From Chthoniobacteraceae bacterium (GTDB lineage: Bacteria; Verrucomicrobiota; Verrucomicrobiia; Chthoniobacterales; Chthoniobacteraceae), in assembly GCA_044338075.1 (NCBI GenBank), contig JBIIMJ010000003.1, positions 81,500-145,499 on the forward strand: a stretch of DNA of 64,000 bases. The letters are read 5' to 3'. Positions 8,402 to 18,061 of this stretch are shown piece after piece (position 1 is the first letter of the stretch; every line of letters starts with the position of its first letter). The notes beneath the pieces are model-generated. The model was not told where the DNA came from. It saw nothing but the letters and a program-made list of their open reading frames with translations, and searched no databases. A program made the position numbers and the translations under genes.

Positions 8402-11400
8402 ATGTCGCAACCATCCTTTCTTCGCCCGCTCTCATTTCTCACCCGTTCCACCCGCCGCGCGCTGGGTTCCATTTTTGGTTCCGCGCACATCGCCTGGTCG
8501 CCGCCGCCGTGGCTCTATGTGCTCGCACGCAACTGGCGGCGCACTGCCGTCATCCTCGTGCTCATCGCCACCACCGCCTACGGCAGCGTGCGCTCGTGGA
8601 AATCGCACACCGCCCACAAACGCACCGCAACCGCAGCAAAAATCATCTGCGCACCTTCCGATAAACCCGCCCCGCAACTCACAACTCAAGCCGCTCCCGT
8701 AAAGGCTGTCCCTTCTGCAACTCCGACGCAGCCATCCGACCCCGATGTGCGCGACACAACCAAGCGCGCAAAGCGAACGCTCGAAGCGTCGGTGCAGTGG
8801 GCTCATCCAACTTGGAACGAGCAGTCGCAAAAAGTATCCGGCTCCCCGCTCGCCATTCATTTCAGCGGAGTCGCCGCTCCCGTGGGTCTGGTCGGCAAGC
8901 CCGCGATTGCAGGCACTGTGATAGTCTCACCGGAAGTCCCCGGAGTGTGGAAATGGACTTCATCCGAAACACTCACATTCGAGCCACAGGGCGGCTGGAT
9001 GCCTCCGCGCGCCTACGATTTCAAACTCAGTGCAGACACCTTCGCGCCCGACTGCACCGTTTCGTGGCGTAGTCGATACTGGCATGACTGGCACGCCCCA
9101 CAACTCTCGGCGTCCTTCGGCGAAAAAAGTTTCTACGTCGATCCCACGACACCCTCGCTCCAGCAGACAGTCGCCACCGTCACATTCAGCCAGCCCGTCT
9201 CGCGCGAAGAAATCGTCCGCCATCTCACCGTCGTGAATATGAGCGAGACTCCACTTTTCGCGCCTAGCGGAAAGCCGCAGGTGATCGCCGACGAAAAAAC
9301 CCCGCTGCGCTTTTTCCTCCGCTCCCCGCTCATCAAGCCCGGCGAAAAAGAAGACCTCATCCGCTTTCAAATCGCGCCCGGCCTCCGAGCCATGTCCGGC
9401 GGCGATCCGACAAGCGAAGAGATCGTCACGAAAATCACATCCCCCTCGCGCTACTCCGCATTCTTTTTCAAGGAAGCACGCGCGCAACTCGTGGCCGACA
9501 AGGAGGGCGAGTCGCGGCAGTTCATCTTCCTCGAAAGCAGCACAGCTGCGAGCGGGTCAACCATCGCAAAGGCCGCGCTCGCGTGGCAACTCCCGCCCCC
9601 GAAGAAAAACAAAGACGGCGAGGAGGAGCCATGGACGCCCGACAACGTGACGCCCGACGTGCTCGCAAAATCAAAACGCGCGCAGCTTGAATTTGTCCCC
9701 GGAGAAAACGCCCCGCCGACGGCGAGTGTGTTCGGCTTCCGCCTCGCGCCGCAGTCACCCGCACGGATTTGCGTTCGCATTCCAAAGGAAACCCCCGCGC
9801 CCGGCGGCTTCGTCACGCGGGAGGATTTTACAGCCATTGTGGATGTGCCGATGTTTCCGCGCGAAGCACGCGTGCTCGGCAACGGCGGCATCCTCGCGCT
9901 CAACGGCGAGCGCAAGCTCAACATCAAATCGCGCGGCTACGAAAATCTGCGCTTCACGCTCGCACGCGTGCCAGCCGGGCAAATCAATCACCTCGTCAGC
10001 CAGACCGAGGGCCGTTTTGAAGCGCCGGAATTTCAGGGCGCGTTCGACTGGTCGAACATCGCACACTTTCACCACTCCGTGCAGCCCATCGCGAAGAAGA
10101 ACGACCACGAGGCGAACTACTCCGCGTTCGATTTCGCACCCGCACTCGCGAAAGCAGAGCCTGCTGGCGAAGATGCGCAGCGCGGCTTGTTTTTCATGGA
10201 AGTCGAAGGCGTGCGCCACCGCACACCCGAGGACGGCGAGGCCAATAAGAACGATCCCGATCCTCAATGGATCGCGCTGAATCAAAACGGCAAAGGCATT
10301 GAATGGCGGAACGCCCGCGACAACGACGCCAGCGAATCGCGCTTCGTGCTCATCACCGACCTCGGCCTCATCGTGAAGCGCAACGCCGACGGAGCACGCG
10401 ATGTGTTCGTGCAGTCATTCAAGGAACGCGCGCCCATCGCCGGCGTGAAACTCACCGCGCTGGCGAAAAACGGCGACACGCTCGCCGAGGCGGAGACCGA
10501 CGCACTGGGCCGCGCCGCTCTGCCCGTGCTCGATGGATTGAAGCGCGAAAAGAAACCCGTCGCCATCGTCGCGCGAAAAGGTGCCGACCTCGCATTCATC
10601 CCGTGGGCGCGCGAAGATCGCCAGGTCGAGCTGTCGCGCTTCGATGTGGGCGGCGTCCCGGCGAGTCAGTCGAACGCGCTCGACGCATTCCTTTTCACCG
10701 AACGCGGCATCTACCGCCCCGGCGATCCCATTCAACTCGCCGCCATCGTGCGCCAGCGCGATTGGGCGGGCACGCTCGGCGGACTGCCCGTCGAGGTTGT
10801 CGTGACCAATGCGAAGGAGGAAGAGGCTGGACGCTATGCGGCGAAATTACAGCCCGATGGTTTCCTCACAATCACACTGCCGACCGCCGAAACCTCGCCG
10901 ACCGGCGTGTGGCGGATCGAGTTGCGCCGCCCGGACGATGGCAAAAAGAAAAAGCGCACCGAGGAGGACGATGAAGAGCAGGCCGATACACACCACCTCG
11001 GCCACACGCTCGTGCGCGTCGAAGAATTCCAACCTGACCGCCTCAAGCTCACGGCAAAGCTCGAACCCGCCGTGCAGGCCGCGTGGCTTTCGCCGGAAAA
11101 TCTGAGCGCCAACGCCGAGGTGCAAACGCTTTTCGGAATCGCAGCAACCGACCGCCGCATGACGGCAAAACTGCGCATCGCCCCCGGCTCTCCCGTTTTC
11201 GAGCAATGGCCCGGCTGGACTTTCGGCCTGCCAAAACACGAACGCTTCGAGCCACGCGAAGTGGAACTCGGCGAAACAAAGACCGACGAAAACGGTCACG
11301 CGAAATTCCCCCTCCCGCTCGAAGCCTACGCCGCGCCCTTGCTGCGCGTGTCAGTGGACTTAGAGGCGTTCGAGGCCGACGGCGGGCGCGGTGTGCGCGG

Positions 11401-14400
11401 TGCACTAGGCACGCTCGTTTCGCGCCAGCCATTTCTCATCGGCTACAAGGCCGACGGCGATTTCGATTTTGTCCCGCGCGATGTGGCGCGCACTTTCCAA
11501 ATCACCGCCATCGGCCCCGACGCAAAGCCAGTCGCGGCGCCCGGCCTCAAGCGCGTGCTCATCGAAACGCGCCACGCCTCCGTGCTCACCAAGCAGAACA
11601 ATGGCACGCTCGCCTACATCTCGCGCGAGCAGGACAAGGAAATCGAAACCGCCGACGGCTCGCTGCCGGCGAGCGTGGTTAAAATTCCGCTGCCCGTAAA
11701 AAACGCGGGCCGTTTCCGCTACGAATGGCGCGATGCGTCGGGCGTGATTTTGTCCACCATCGCGTTCAATGTCGTCGGCCCCGGCGACCAGACACGCAGC
11801 CTGGAGCGCGACACCGAACTCGAACTCACGCTGCCCGACAAAGTGTGGAAGCCCGGCGAGCATCTCGAAGTTTCGCTGCGCGCTCCGTATGCGGGCACGG
11901 GGCTCATCACCATTGAGCGCGAGAAGGTGCTGGCTGTGCAGTGGTTCAAATCCGACACCGCATCGAGCGTGCAGCACATCACCGTGCCCGAGGGCATCGA
12001 GGGCGGCGCATATGTGAACGTCGCCTTTGTCCGCGCGCTCGACTCGGCGGAAATTTTCACCAGTCCGCTCAGCACCGGCGTTGCTCCTTTCAAAGTTGCG
12101 CACGATCGCCGCCAGCTCGCAGTCACGCTCGACGCGCCGGAGCGCGTGCGCCCCGGTGAACGTGTGCCTATCGGCTTTTCTACGCCGCGTCCGTCGCGCG
12201 TGATCGTCTGGGCCGTAGACGAGGGCATTCATCGCGTCACGAGCTACAAGGCGCCGCAACCGCTCGTGTCACTCATCCGCAAACCGTCACTCGAAGTAGG
12301 CACGTGGCAGCTTCTCGATTTGCTGCTGCCGGAGTTTTCACTGCTGAAAAATGCGAAGGCGTTCGGCGGCGACGGCGACGAGCCGCCGGAGTTGAAGCTG
12401 GGCCTCAACCCATTCAAACGCCGCCGTGCAGCCCCCGTGGTTTTCTGGAGCGGCATCGTCGAGAGTGGCCTGGAGCGCCGCGAAGTTTTTTACGAAGTGC
12501 CCGATTATTTCGCCGGGCGGCTCAACATCATGGCTGCGGCTGTCGCGCCGGATGCGATCGGGATCGCGGAGAAGCAGACCGTCGTAAAAGGCCCGTTCGT
12601 GCTCACTCCGAACGCGCCGTTCTTCGCCGCGCCCGGCGATGAATTCACCGCGTCGCTCACCGTCGCCAATCAACTCGATGACGCGGCTGTGACCGATCAA
12701 ATCACCATCGCAGCGGAGACAATCGGCGGACTCGAAATCATCGAGAAGCCGCAGTCGCCGCTCACCGTCGCCGTCGGCAGGGAAGTCACCGTGCGCTTCC
12801 GCGTCCGCGCGAAGGACGCGCTTGGCAACGCAGAGCTGAAATTTTCCGCGACTGCGGGCAACGAACGCGTCGAGCAACGCGCCACGATGAGCGTGCGCCC
12901 GCCGACGCCGCGCACCGCCGTGGTGCAGAGCGGATGGTTCCGCAAAGATCAGCACGATGTCGCCACAGCGAGCGATTTCCATGCGGAGTTTTCCAAGCGC
13001 GAGGCGGTCGTCTCCACGACACCGCTCGGACTCGCCCGCGGGCTGGCCGCGTATTTGCGCGAGTATCCGCATGGATGCAGCGAGCAGATCACCAGCCGCG
13101 CGTTCCCGTGGCTCGTGCTGCGCGACGATGCGGATTTCGGACTCGAAAAGGCGGACGCGGAAAAAACGATCCGCGACACCATCGCGATGCTGCGCACGCG
13201 CCAGCAGAAGAACGGCGGCTTCGGCTACTGGAGCCACGGCGGGGACGACGAGGGCTTCGATTACGTGAGCGTGTATGTGACGTTTTTCCTCACGGAGGCG
13301 AAGGCGAGCGGCTTCGCGGTGCCGGGGCCGATGTTGGACGCCGCTCTGCGCCGCGTGCGGCTGATGGCGGATGCGAAGCTGCCCGAACCCTGGCGCGATG
13401 CGCAGGGCCGGTTGCATTACGGACGGACGCGGCACGACGCAGACATGCAGGCTGCCGCGATCTACCTGCTCACGCGCAACGAGGAAGTGACGACGAATTA
13501 CGCGCTGAAGATGCGCGATTCGCTCGATGCAAAAGTCCCCACGGCATTGTGGCAGCGCGATCCTTCCGCAGCGTGGCTCGCCGCGACGTGGCGGATGCTG
13601 AAGAAGGACGACGAGGCGAAGAAACTCATCGCCGCACATCGCAAGGCACGCGCCGCCGCGCCGGACGATGATGAGAAACGGTGGTGGTGGAATTATTACT
13701 ACGACTCTGAGCTCACGCGTGAGGCGATGACGTTCACCGTGCTGTGCCGCCACTTCCCGGAAATCGCGGGCACCTTCGGCTACGATGAACTGCGCCCTAT
13801 AACGGAGATGCTTGAACGCGGGGATTTTCACACGCTGTCCGCCGCGTGGTGCGTGATGGCTTTGAAATCCTACTCCGGCCTCACGAAGGCAACCGGCGTC
13901 AAGGCAGGTATCACGGAGGTCATCGGTGCCGACGCAAAAATTATCGTCGAACCACGCGCGGGCCTTGTCTCAGCGAGACTCTCGAACAACAAAACCACTG
14001 CGCGCTTTGTCCTCACGCGACCCGACCCAACCATGCGCCTCGGTGCGTGGTATCAGACGATAGAAACTGGCTTTGATCGTGTGCTGCCGACCAAAGCCGA
14101 GGCGCGCGACATCGAGATCTTCCGCGAAATCCTCGACGAGCACGGCAACGTGACGGACATGGCGAAAGTCGGCGAGACGCTGCGAATCCGCGTGCGCGTG
14201 CGCAACATCAGCAAGACCGCGCAGCTGCACCTCGCGCTGACGGAACTTCTGCCGGGCGCGTTCGATTTCGCGCCCGCCGGCGAAGACCGCGCGCTGCGTC
14301 CCGGCCTCGGCACGCTGCCCGGCACGGAATACGTTGACGTTCGCGAAGACCGCGCGCTGCTCTTCTGCGACCTCGCCGAACGTGAGACGAAAATGTTCGA

Positions 14401-14527
14401 GTATTCCATCCGCCCGACGTGCGCCGGTTCATTCGTCGTCCCGCCCGCCTACGCGGAAAGTATGTATGACCGCGCCGTGCGCAGCCGTGGCGTCGCCGCG
14501 AAATTCACCGTGCTGCCCCGCGAATGA
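8402..14527 (+). CDS. bacterial alpha-2-macroglobulin family protein (YfhM/ECAM-like) with a thioester motif
   Basis: 2041 aa. Thioester pentapeptide GCSEQ (Cys codon 13076-13078) in YLREYPHGCSEQITSRAFPWL. N-terminal signal-anchor TAVILVLIATTAYGSV. Followed by pbpC with an ATGA overlap. Confidence 0.9.
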   Translation: MSQPSFLRPLSFLTRSTRRALGSIFGSAHIAWSPPPWLYVLARNWRRTAVILVLIATTAYGSVRSWKSHTAHKRTATAAKIICAPSDKPAPQLTTQAAPVKAVPSATPTQPSDPDVRDTTKRAKRTLEASVQWAHPTWNEQSQKVSGSPLAIHFSGVAAPVGLVGKPAIAGTVIVSPEVPGVWKWTSSETLTFEPQGGWMPPRAYDFKLSADTFAPDCTVSWRSRYWHDWHAPQLSASFGEKSFYVDPTTPSLQQTVATVTFSQPVSREEIVRHLTVVNMSETPLFAPSGKPQVIADEKTPLRFFLRSPLIKPGEKEDLIRFQIAPGLRAMSGGDPTSEEIVTKITSPSRYSAFFFKEARAQLVADKEGESRQFIFLESSTAASGSTIAKAALAWQLPPPKKNKDGEEEPWTPDNVTPDVLAKSKRAQLEFVPGENAPPTASVFGFRLAPQSPARICVRIPKETPAPGGFVTREDFTAIVDVPMFPREARVLGNGGILALNGERKLNIKSRGYENLRFTLARVPAGQINHLVSQTEGRFEAPEFQGAFDWSNIAHFHHSVQPIAKKNDHEANYSAFDFAPALAKAEPAGEDAQRGLFFMEVEGVRHRTPEDGEANKNDPDPQWIALNQNGKGIEWRNARDNDASESRFVLITDLGLIVKRNADGARDVFVQSFKERAPIAGVKLTALAKNGDTLAEAETDALGRAALPVLDGLKREKKPVAIVARKGADLAFIPWAREDRQVELSRFDVGGVPASQSNALDAFLFTERGIYRPGDPIQLAAIVRQRDWAGTLGGLPVEVVVTNAKEEEAGRYAAKLQPDGFLTITLPTAETSPTGVWRIELRRPDDGKKKKRTEEDDEEQADTHHLGHTLVRVEEFQPDRLKLTAKLEPAVQAAWLSPENLSANAEVQTLFGIAATDRRMTAKLRIAPGSPVFEQWPGWTFGLPKHERFEPREVELGETKTDENGHAKFPLPLEAYAAPLLRVSVDLEAFEADGGRGVRGALGTLVSRQPFLIGYKADGDFDFVPRDVARTFQITAIGPDAKPVAAPGLKRVLIETRHASVLTKQNNGTLAYISREQDKEIETADGSLPASVVKIPLPVKNAGRFRYEWRDASGVILSTIAFNVVGPGDQTRSLERDTELELTLPDKVWKPGEHLEVSLRAPYAGTGLITIEREKVLAVQWFKSDTASSVQHITVPEGIEGGAYVNVAFVRALDSAEIFTSPLSTGVAPFKVAHDRRQLAVTLDAPERVRPGERVPIGFSTPRPSRVIVWAVDEGIHRVTSYKAPQPLVSLIRKPSLEVGTWQLLDLLLPEFSLLKNAKAFGGDGDEPPELKLGLNPFKRRRAAPVVFWSGIVESGLERREVFYEVPDYFAGRLNIMAAAVAPDAIGIAEKQTVVKGPFVLTPNAPFFAAPGDEFTASLTVANQLDDAAVTDQITIAAETIGGLEIIEKPQSPLTVAVGREVTVRFRVRAKDALGNAELKFSATAGNERVEQRATMSVRPPTPRTAVVQSGWFRKDQHDVATASDFHAEFSKREAVVSTTPLGLARGLAAYLREYPHGCSEQITSRAFPWLVLRDDADFGLEKADAEKTIRDTIAMLRTRQQKNGGFGYWSHGGDDEGFDYVSVYVTFFLTEAKASGFAVPGPMLDAALRRVRLMADAKLPEPWRDAQGRLHYGRTRHDADMQAAAIYLLTRNEEVTTNYALKMRDSLDAKVPTALWQRDPSAAWLAATWRMLKKDDEAKKLIAAHRKARAAAPDDDEKRWWWNYYYDSELTREAMTFTVLCRHFPEIAGTFGYDELRPITEMLERGDFHTLSAAWCVMALKSYSGLTKATGVKAGITEVIGADAKIIVEPRAGLVSARLSNNKTTARFVLTRPDPTMRLGAWYQTIETGFDRVLPTKAEARDIEIFREILDEHGNVTDMAKVGETLRIRVRVRNISKTAQLHLALTELLPGAFDFAPAGEDRALRPGLGTLPGTEYVDVREDRALLFCDLAERETKMFEYSIRPTCAGSFVVPPAYAESMYDRAVRSRGVAAKFTVLPRE

Positions 14528-16692
14528 AGACGCTCCGTCGCTGGCTAAAACGAATCGCGTGCTGCATTGCGCTGCTAGGCGCAGTGCTATGGGTCGTGTG
14601 GCTACTGCTGCCGAGGCCGGAGTTACTACCGCCGGGCGCGGAGTATTCGCGAGTGGTGCTGGATCGCGATGGGCGTGTGCTTTTCATCACGCTCACCAGC
14701 GATGAAAAATACCGCCTACCCGCGAAGTTCGATGAGCTTTCGCCAGAATTGCTCACGGCGACTTTGGAGATGGAGGATCGGCGTTTCTTTTCCCACCACG
14801 GCGCTGATCCGCGCTCGCTTGCCCGCGCGGCGTGGGGCGTGGTTTCGGGAAAACGTCTCGGCGGTGGCTCGACGCTGACGATGCAGTTTGCGCGGTTGCG
14901 CTGGGAGCTGGAGACGCGCTCGGTGTGGGGAAAACTCACGCAGCTTTTTCGCGCGGTGCAAATCGAGCGGCACTACGGCAAGAAAGAAATCGCGGAGGCG
15001 TATTTTACATTTGCGCCCTACGGCGGGAATGTGGAGGGCGTGCCCGCTGCAAGTCTGCTGTGGTGCGGCAAGCACGCGAAGGAACTTTCGCTGCACGAGG
15101 CGGCGGCGCTGAGCGTGCTGCCGCAGAGTCCGACGAAACGCCGTCCGCGCGTAGGCGAAAATCCGTCGCTCGCGAAGGCGCAGGGGCGCTTGATGGCGCG
15201 TTTGCGCGCGGCGCGCGGCGAGGAATCCAGCGCGCTGGATGCGGAATTCTCGCTGCACCCGGCGCAGCTTCCGCGATTTGCCCCGCACTACGCACGGCGC
15301 GTGATTTCGCAGGGCGGTGATTTGCAAACTTCACACCGCACGACGCTCGATCTCCGCCGGCAACAGACGGTCGAACGCAGCATCGCGGATTTCATTTCGC
15401 GCTGGCACGCTGAGGGGATTCGCAACGCTGCGGCGATTCTCGTTCATGCGCCAACGCGGGAGGTGCGCGCTTACGTGGGGTCGGCAGGATTTTTGAATTA
15501 CGCGATCCAGGGACAGGTGGATGGAGTGACTGCGCGGCGCTCGCCGGGATCGGCGCTGAAACCGTTCATCTACGGTCTGGCGTTTGATGCGGGGCTGATT
15601 CAGCCGCACACGCTTCTCGACGATGCGCCCAGGCGTTTTGCGGGCTACAATCCGGAAAATTCCGACCGTGGTTTTCTCGGTCCCATCCCGGCTGCGGAGG
15701 CACTACGCAGGAGCCGGAATGTTCCGGCAGTGGAATTGCTCGCGCGTCTGCCGGGCGGTGGACTGGATAGTTTCTTGCGCAACGCGGGCGTGCAACTCAC
15801 GAAGCCACGCGGTGAATACGGACTGTCGCTCGCGCTCGGCGGCGCGGAGGTTTCGCTGGAGGAAGTGGCGATGCTTTATGCGGGGCTGGCTGATGGGCTG
15901 GCTGAAAGTCTCTCCCGCCCTGCCTGCTGGATCACGCTCGATGCGTTGCGCGGGAGCGAAGGCCCAGCGGGGCTGGCTTGGAAGACGGGCACTTCGCATG
16001 GCTATCGCGATGCGTGGGCGTGCGGTGTAATGGGCGATTGGGTGCTTTGCGTGTGGGTGGGAAATTTCGACGGCAAACCGATGCCGGGGCTTTTCGCGCG
16101 CGACACCGCTGCACCATTGCTCTTCCAAACAGTCACGCGACTCGGACTGCGTGCGAAAACTGCACCGCGCCCGTCGGAAATCGTGGATGTGAAACTGTGC
16201 GCAATCACCGGCGAACTTGCCGGGCCGCACTGCTCGCATTGCACGACTGGAAAGTTCATCGCGGGCGTGTCGCCCATCGCGACCTGCTCCGTGCATCGCG
16301 AAGTCACGCTCGCAAACGGCAGCCGCGCCGTGCGTGAATTTTGGCCCCCGCACCGGCTGGAGCAATTCCGCCGCGCAGGGCTTCCGCGCTCCGCCGCACC
16401 TGACGACACGGGCGTAGCATCCGGCCCTGCACCGCGCATCGTTTCGCCGCAACACGCAATCACCTACGTGCTGCGTCCGGGTGTAGGGGCGAAAAATTCC
16501 ATCGCTTTGGAAGCTGAGACGGCACCCGGTGTGACGCGTCTGCACTGGTTCGCCGGTTCTCGATACCTCGGTGCAAGCACTCCACAGCAACCGCTCATGT
16601 GGCAGCCGGAAGTTGGTAATTGGACGATTCAGGCGCTGGATGATGCAGGACGCTCCGCGTCAGTTTCGCTCACCGTGGCGGCGCTGCCGTAA
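14524..16692 (+). CDS. pbpC: penicillin-binding protein 1C (bifunctional glycosyltransferase/transpeptidase)
   Basis: GT51 motifs EDRRFFSHHG and RLGGGSTLTMQ. Transpeptidase motifs SALK (SPGSALKP), SRN and KTGT. C-terminal PbpC-type beta domain. 4-bp overlap with the A2M gene. Confidence 0.9.
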   Translation: MKTLRRWLKRIACCIALLGAVLWVVWLLLPRPELLPPGAEYSRVVLDRDGRVLFITLTSDEKYRLPAKFDELSPELLTATLEMEDRRFFSHHGADPRSLARAAWGVVSGKRLGGGSTLTMQFARLRWELETRSVWGKLTQLFRAVQIERHYGKKEIAEAYFTFAPYGGNVEGVPAASLLWCGKHAKELSLHEAAALSVLPQSPTKRRPRVGENPSLAKAQGRLMARLRAARGEESSALDAEFSLHPAQLPRFAPHYARRVISQGGDLQTSHRTTLDLRRQQTVERSIADFISRWHAEGIRNAAAILVHAPTREVRAYVGSAGFLNYAIQGQVDGVTARRSPGSALKPFIYGLAFDAGLIQPHTLLDDAPRRFAGYNPENSDRGFLGPIPAAEALRRSRNVPAVELLARLPGGGLDSFLRNAGVQLTKPRGEYGLSLALGGAEVSLEEVAMLYAGLADGLAESLSRPACWITLDALRGSEGPAGLAWKTGTSHGYRDAWACGVMGDWVLCVWVGNFDGKPMPGLFARDTAAPLLFQTVTRLGLRAKTAPRPSEIVDVKLCAITGELAGPHCSHCTTGKFIAGVSPIATCSVHREVTLANGSRAVREFWPPHRLEQFRRAGLPRSAAPDDTGVASGPAPRIVSPQHAITYVLRPGVGAKNSIALEAETAPGVTRLHWFAGSRYLGASTPQQPLMWQPEVGNWTIQALDDAGRSASVSLTVAALP

Positions 16693-16756
16693 TGGACGTG
16701 CAATAATTCGCAAGTGGACTTTGCGCGCAACTTCCTCAATACGGATTTGCTTCGTG

Positions 16757-18061
16757 ATGGCCCTGCTCCTCTACCGCTTGCTTTACCCGCTGGCTTTTCT
16801 GCTTGCCGCGCCATTTTACGTGTCGCGACTGCGACGGCGCGAGCGCGGGCGTAGTTCCCAATCAAAGCCGGATGGCTACCACCTCGGTATCGCGCAACGC
16901 TTTGGACGCTATGATCCAGAATTGCGAGCCCGGCTCGCGGATGGATCCGCGCCCGTGTGGCTGTGCTCGATCAGCGTTGGCGAAACGATTGTCGCCCTAA
17001 AGCTCGCGCGTGCGTTGCGGCAGCAGAATCCCTCGGCGCGGATCGTCATCAGTGTCACGACAAGCACAGGCTACGAATTGCTGCTGCGCGAGAAAGCCGA
17101 ATGGCTCATTCCAATCTACAACCCGCTCGATTTTCGCTTCGCAGCCCGCGCGGCACTGAATGTTATACGGCCAAAAACGCTTGTGCTCATCGAAGGTGGA
17201 ATCTGGCCGAATCTTCTCTCGCTAGCACGTGCGAACGGCGTGCGCACCGTGCTTGCAAACGCGCGACTTTCCCCGCGCAGCGAACGGCGCTGGCAGAAAT
17301 TCCGATGGCTCGCCGAGCCAGTGTGGCGGCTCTTTGTTCTCATCTGCATTCCAACGAACGGGGACGCGGAACGCTTCGCGAGCATCGGCGTGCCTGCGGA
17401 TAGAATGAAGCAGACCGGCAACATCAAATTCGACAACGCTGGCAGTGATGCTCCGTCGCGCGAGGAGGAATTTCGGGCACTTATCGCGCCGATGGGTTTC
17501 CGCAGTGAAATCATTGTGGCTGGCAGCACCTGGGATCCGGAGGAAAAGGCACTCGTCTCCGTGCTTGGCGAACTGCGCAGTGAGTGGCCCGATTTGCGTC
17601 TCATCATCGTCCCTCGACACGTCGAGCGCGCTGATGAAATCGCCCGCTCGCTCGCACCGCTCCGTGTCGCACGCCGCAGTCAGTCATTCACCGGTGAAGC
17701 CGATATCCTGCTCGTGGATACCACCGGCGAACTGCGCGACTGGTATCGCTTAGCTACAGTTGTTTTCGTAGGTAAAAGCCTACCCGGTATCGCAGAAGTA
17801 GGTGGACAAAATATCGGCGAGCCCGCCGCGCTCGGTCTGCCAGTGGTCGTCGGCCCGCACATGGAAAATTTCCGTGAACTCACCGCACAACTACTTGAAA
17901 ACAAAGCAGCCATTCGGGTGAGCGAAACGAAAGCGCTAGCCGGTGCCATGCGCACACTGCTTTCAGATTCAAATCAACGAACAGCGATGGGCGAGCGCGC
18001 AAAAGCCACACTCACAACCCATCAGGGAGCAACAGCCCGCACAGCTGCTCTGTTGAACTAA
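16757..18061 (+). CDS. waaA: 3-deoxy-D-manno-octulosonic acid (Kdo) transferase
   Basis: N-terminal membrane helix MALLLYRLLYPLAFLLAAPFY and the VWLCSISVGE motif typical of KdtA/WaaA. Start moved to ATG 16757; the track ORF begins at 16571 inside pbpC. Confidence 0.85.
   Translation: MALLLYRLLYPLAFLLAAPFYVSRLRRRERGRSSQSKPDGYHLGIAQRFGRYDPELRARLADGSAPVWLCSISVGETIVALKLARALRQQNPSARIVISVTTSTGYELLLREKAEWLIPIYNPLDFRFAARAALNVIRPKTLVLIEGGIWPNLLSLARANGVRTVLANARLSPRSERRWQKFRWLAEPVWRLFVLICIPTNGDAERFASIGVPADRMKQTGNIKFDNAGSDAPSREEEFRALIAPMGFRSEIIVAGSTWDPEEKALVSVLGELRSEWPDLRLIIVPRHVERADEIARSLAPLRVARRSQSFTGEADILLVDTTGELRDWYRLATVVFVGKSLPGIAEVGGQNIGEPAALGLPVVVGPHMENFRELTAQLLENKAAIRVSETKALAGAMRTLLSDSNQRTAMGERAKATLTTHQGATARTAALLN

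Noticed and set aside
12338-13831. 497-aa ORF antisense to the alpha-2-macroglobulin gene
   Set aside because: It is Arg/His/Ala-rich, has no recognisable motifs and lies fully inside a well-supported 2041-aa gene. This is a typical shadow ORF of GC-rich DNA.
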